A stretch of DNA of 64,000 nucleotides from assembly GCA_034530615.2 (NCBI GenBank), contig JAVRCV020000061.1:25838-89837 (forward strand), written 5' to 3'. The DNA comes from Aulosira sp. ZfuVER01. Its GTDB lineage: Bacteria; Cyanobacteriota; Cyanobacteriia; Cyanobacteriales; Nostocaceae. Under the pieces are notes generated by a model. That model saw only the letters and a list, made by a program, of their open reading frames with translations, did not search any database and was not told the origin of the DNA. This document shows, in pieces, positions 60,305 through 64,000 of this stretch. How positions within the stretch are numbered: the first letter of the stretch is position 1; the number at the start of each line of letters is the position of its first letter. The translations under genes were made by a program, and so were the position numbers.

Positions 60305-61318
60305 ATGAAAGCTTACAAACTTACAAGTAATACCGGGATTGATGCACTAACGCTAGTCGATCGCCCTGAACCTAAACTAAATACTGGGCAAGTTTTGATT
60401 CGAGTTAAAGCCACATCCCTTAATTATCGTGACTTGTTGGTTGCTGAGGGAGCTTATGGTTCGGGAGTAAAATATCCCCTGATTCCTTTGTCTGACGGTG
60501 CGGGGGAAGTGGTGGCGGTGGGAGAAGGTGTCACAAGGGTAAAAGTAGGCGATCGCGTAGCTGGTAGCTTTTTCCAAGAGTGGATTGCTGGCTCTTTAAC
60601 TAGAGAGTCGATGAAATCAGATTTAGGCGGTGGTATTGATGGGATGCTCGCTGAGTATGTTGTTTTACATCAAGATGGGTTAGTAATTTTACCTGACAAC
60701 CTATCTTATATAGAAGGTGCAACTTTACCTTGTGCAGGAGTTACAGCTTGGCACGCACTGGTAAGTAAAGGTAATATTACTGAGGGTAACAGTGTATTAT
60801 TGCTTGGTACAGGAGGAGTATCTACTTTTGCGCTTTTATTTGCCAAGTTATATGGTGCTAGAGTTATTCTCACTTCTAGCAGTGATGAGAAATTGGCAAA
60901 AGCTAAAAATTTAGGTGCAGACGAAATAATTAATTATAAATTAACACCAGATTGGGAAAAGAAAGTCTACGAACTAACTAATCGCACAGGTGTAGATCAT
61001 GTAGTGGAAGTAGGTGGTACAGGTACTCTACCCCAATCTTTGCAAGCAGTCCGGATCGGAGGACGTGTGAGCTTAATTGGTGTGTTATCAGGCAGAGGAA
61101 ATGTAATTGACCCCATGCCCATACTCTTCAAAAGCATAACACTCCAAGGCATTTATGTGGGAAGTCGCAAGATGTTTGAGGCGATGAATCACGCAATTCA
61201 AGAAAATAAAATACAACCAGTTATTGATAGAGTTTTTCCATTTTCGGAAGCAAAAGCAGCATACAATTACCTTAAAAGTGGTACTCACTTTGGCAAAGTT
61301 GTAATTGAAATTGATTAA
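60305..61318 (+). CDS. NAD(P)-dependent alcohol dehydrogenase/quinone reductase (MDR family)
   Basis: SLNYRD, PLSDGAGEV, TLPCAGVTAW, GTGGVS and HFGKVVI; ATG 60305 after AGGAGA. Confidence 0.9.
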   Translation: MKAYKLTSNTGIDALTLVDRPEPKLNTGQVLIRVKATSLNYRDLLVAEGAYGSGVKYPLIPLSDGAGEVVAVGEGVTRVKVGDRVAGSFFQEWIAGSLTRESMKSDLGGGIDGMLAEYVVLHQDGLVILPDNLSYIEGATLPCAGVTAWHALVSKGNITEGNSVLLLGTGGVSTFALLFAKLYGARVILTSSSDEKLAKAKNLGADEIINYKLTPDWEKKVYELTNRTGVDHVVEVGGTGTLPQSLQAVRIGGRVSLIGVLSGRGNVIDPMPILFKSITLQGIYVGSRKMFEAMNHAIQENKIQPVIDRVFPFSEAKAAYNYLKSGTHFGKVVIEID

Positions 61319-61389
61319 GTATAGAAGTTGCTAATTCTTAGCGGCAATACCCACCAAAAACTAGACATGGTAGGCATTGCCCAGTAAAA

Positions 61390-62271
61390 CTATTGCACGT
61401 TCACCAAAAAATTAGCAGTGACAATTTTGCCATTACGATTAAACTGTCCCCAGAGTTTATAATCTCCGGGTTTTGGGAAACTAGTTATAAAATGAACTTC
61501 TCCATCTGGCGTATCTTTCAACGCATGAGCATGAATATAGTCTGCTCTTGTTAATGGTGATGTGCGTTTGATAATAACTAAATGTCCTCTTTCGCCTAAA
61601 TAAGGCTGTAAATCTTTAATTGGTTGCTTAGTAGCAGTATCTTGTAAGTTAAAAATTACGTGGACTTCTTGCCCTGCTTTGAGTGTAGGTTGAGAAAACT
61701 TGAGATTAGCCTGAGTATTACCAATAGTACTAGTGGTAGAAAAGTCAATTTTGGGCGTATTCGGAGCTTCACCTAGAACTTTTGTTGTTAATAGGGAAAC
61801 TTGTTCGGCTTTTCCTGCTGGTTTGTAATCACTAAAAATCGTGTAATTACCTGGATGGGGAAAATTAGCTTGGACTTCAAAGCGTCCATTGCCTTTGTAG
61901 ACAGGATGAATATGATTGAAGGTATCGAGATTATCGCTAACAATAATCAGATGCATTAATTGTTCTTGGAATTTATCAAAATTAGCGATCGCTTTACCAT
62001 TTGTATCTTGAACATCAATCACTAAAGGTACAGGATTCTTGGTAGCAATCGTTCCTTTAACTGTGAGCTTGGCAATAGTAGTAGGTTCTGACTCTGATTG
62101 ACCTCCATGATGCTCATGGTTGTTTGATGCTCCGGAATGATCCATGTGATGATGTTCCTGAGCAACAGCAGAATCAGAGGTTGACTTGTCACCAGATTTA
62201 AATTGTGATGTGCAACCTTGAGTTAAGAAAATGGTTGAAGTAATAGCAAGTGCAGTAAATAACAGCTTCAT
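61390..62271 (-). CDS. His-rich lipoprotein, probable heavy-metal binding
   Basis: Lipobox TQGC; EHHHMDH..HEHHGG; MHLIIV..HIHP and YLGERGHLVII..HAHA duplicated domains. Confidence 0.72.
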   Translation of the reverse strand: MKLLFTALAITSTIFLTQGCTSQFKSGDKSTSDSAVAQEHHHMDHSGASNNHEHHGGQSESEPTTIAKLTVKGTIATKNPVPLVIDVQDTNGKAIANFDKFQEQLMHLIIVSDNLDTFNHIHPVYKGNGRFEVQANFPHPGNYTIFSDYKPAGKAEQVSLLTTKVLGEAPNTPKIDFSTTSTIGNTQANLKFSQPTLKAGQEVHVIFNLQDTATKQPIKDLQPYLGERGHLVIIKRTSPLTRADYIHAHALKDTPDGEVHFITSFPKPGDYKLWGQFNRNGKIVTANFLVNVQ

Positions 62272-62638
62272 TTTCAACTAAAAAAATGTTCGTAGTTGCG
62301 CTTTAGCGCTTTCTAAACGATAAACCTAGTGCACAACTTTAGCCTAGATACGCTAGTCGCCTCAACGAGGGAACCCCCTCATGGCGCTGACTCCCCTACT
62401 TAAATTTTTTCAACAATCAAATCGGATTGCTATAGAAGCGTTATATTTTGCAATCCTCACAAGTTCCTCAAATTTTTGCTCTATAACGTAACTGTATACA
62501 AAACTAGACGAAAAAGAGCGCTTACCAAAGCACTCAGGGTGAAGATTCAAATAACCGTATCTAAAGTTACTAAAAATACTTGTGAACTAGAAGCTAGAAA
62601 CCTCAATAACCATTGATTCACAAACAGCAGAGGTATAT

Positions 62639-63169
62639 ATGTTTACTAAAATTCTAGTTGCGTTGGATCGCTCGCCAATGGGGAAACAGGTTTTTGAGCA
62701 AGCCTTGGCTTTAGCAAAAGCCACAGGAGCTAGTTTGATGCTACTTCATGTGCTATCTGCGGAAGAAGAAGGTAGCCCTTACGCACCTCTGTTATCCAAT
62801 TTTGACTATTATCCAGGTGTGGGTAGTCAAAGCTTTGAGTTCTACCAACGGCAATGGGATAACTTTAAAAATCAAGGTATCCAGCTATTGCAATCTTTCT
62901 GTGCGCAAGCAAACACAGCAGAAGTCAATACAGAATTTACCCAACAACTTGGCAGTCCTGGTCGGCTGATCTGTCAATTAGCGACTACTTGGGGTGCTGA
63001 TTTAATTATCATGGGGCGTCGTGGTCGCTCTGGGCTAACGGAAATATTTCTTGGTAGCGTTAGTAACTACGTCCTTCACCATGCTCCTTGCTCAGTCCAT
63101 GTTATTCATGTTCCAAATCAGGTTTCCCAAGCTGAAGAAGTAGTTCAAGAAACGGCTAGTGTTAACTAA
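62639..63169 (+). CDS. Universal stress protein
   Basis: KILVALDRS and DLIIMGRRGRSG..LGSVSNYVLHHAPCSV. Confidence 0.93.
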   Translation: MFTKILVALDRSPMGKQVFEQALALAKATGASLMLLHVLSAEEEGSPYAPLLSNFDYYPGVGSQSFEFYQRQWDNFKNQGIQLLQSFCAQANTAEVNTEFTQQLGSPGRLICQLATTWGADLIIMGRRGRSGLTEIFLGSVSNYVLHHAPCSVHVIHVPNQVSQAEEVVQETASVN

Positions 63170-63239
63170 TGAAAAATTAATAGTTGCACCGCAGGAAATA
63201 AGGCAGGAGGCAGAGGGCAGATGGAAGGGGTGAGAGAAG

Positions 63240-63267
63240 GGGACAAGGGGGACAAGGGGGACAAGGA
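63240..63267. repeat. 9-bp tandem repeat (GGGACAAGG)
   Basis: Three tandem copies. Confidence 0.75.
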
Positions 63268-63321
63268 AGGCAAGAAGAATAACAAATGACCCTTGGCTCT
63301 AAACTAGAGGAGGTATACCCG

Positions 63322-63837
63322 ATGTTGCGTCGCTTCCTACAAACATTTTGGTGGCTGCTATTGCTAGGGATGTTGACGATTTTTATATTCCTGGGTTTAG
63401 AAATTAGCGTCTCTAAAACTGCAATCGCTGCTATTACTCGATTAGAAGCAGTCCCAGGAGAAGTAATTCATCGCTCACAACTAAAATTAGACGATCAATC
63501 GGGAAATGTTTGGCAGGTGATTTTGTGGAAGCAAGTTTATCCTGATTGCCCACCCAGTGTAAATCTGCGCTTGGTAGGGTTTCCTGGTTCTGCCGAATTA
63601 ATTCATCCACAGCCATTGCGGATTACCAAAGCTACAGGTGAGGTTTTGACTGCTCCTGACGTTTTCTTGGAGGAAGCACCAGTACCTACCATTGGTCAGT
63701 ATAATTTCAAGGATATATTGCCAAAATTAACAGTAGAACCGCTGCTACTTAGTATCCCTTTGCCTGGTGAACACTTCATTAATATCTCAGTTCCTCAATC
63801 TGTAGTGCAGGAATGGCAACAAGTAGTTAGCAATTAG
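63322..63837 (+). CDS. DUF3122 family protein
   Basis: LDDQSGNVWQVI and LRLVGFPG..HPQPL; ATG 63322 after GGAGG. Confidence 0.78.
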   Translation: MLRRFLQTFWWLLLLGMLTIFIFLGLEISVSKTAIAAITRLEAVPGEVIHRSQLKLDDQSGNVWQVILWKQVYPDCPPSVNLRLVGFPGSAELIHPQPLRITKATGEVLTAPDVFLEEAPVPTIGQYNFKDILPKLTVEPLLLSIPLPGEHFINISVPQSVVQEWQQVVSN

Positions 63838-64000
63838 CCTGTTATATATCAACTGTCAGGTAATCCCAGTAATAGATCGTCTTTTTCACACACAGATTTG
63901 CAACCGAGTTTGCGGCATCATTGAAAATTTTGTTGGAGATTAATTACTGTCCGTTCGCTGATTTTGAGGTGGTAAGAGGAATTAAAAGCTTCAGGAAAAA

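Noticed and set aside
63840..64000. 3' end of a minus-strand gene at the window edge
   Set aside because: Too short to choose a frame or assign a product
1..64000. tRNA, rRNA or known riboswitch
   Set aside because: None recognised by eye; a covariance-model scan would be needed to exclude small RNAs

Overview
A 64-kb chromosomal window from a filamentous cyanobacterium, most likely a heterocyst-forming Nostocales member. The assignment rests on frequent HIP1 octamers (GCGATCGC), heptamer STRR repeats, ndhD, ycf23, a CBS-CP12 fusion and a cyanobacteriochrome. Core genes (sppA, aroH, ndhD, leuCD, lptA/B/FG, ychF, fetB) are mixed with accessory modules. (1) A candidate defence cluster at 10.5-18.3 kb: an ABC ATPase + TOPRIM pair of PARIS-like architecture, an NB-ARC/WD40 NLR-like protein whose only N-terminal module is one hydrophobic helix, and a divergent Ser/Thr kinase-WD40 gene. 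(2) A copper-type efflux locus (copM-like, RND MFP/permease/lipoprotein, RppA/RppB-type two-component system) with TTTCAT-N5-TTTCAT boxes and a MerR-type promoter. An antisense Zn-finger/HTH/PD-(D/E)XK gene sits at the regulator-kinase junction. (3) A four-GAF cyanobacteriochrome kinase. (4) A phosphoesterase islet flanked by an IS1634 fragment and a structured IS200/IS605-like remnant. The window also holds many small mobile or repeat elements: a MITE with 18-bp TIRs and a 10-bp target duplication, ~103-bp ATACCAATT elements, GTAG REP hairpins and four 21-bp-period tandem arrays, plus some pseudogene relics. No rRNA, tRNA or CRISPR array was seen. All functional calls come from motif recognition by eye; no database searches were run.
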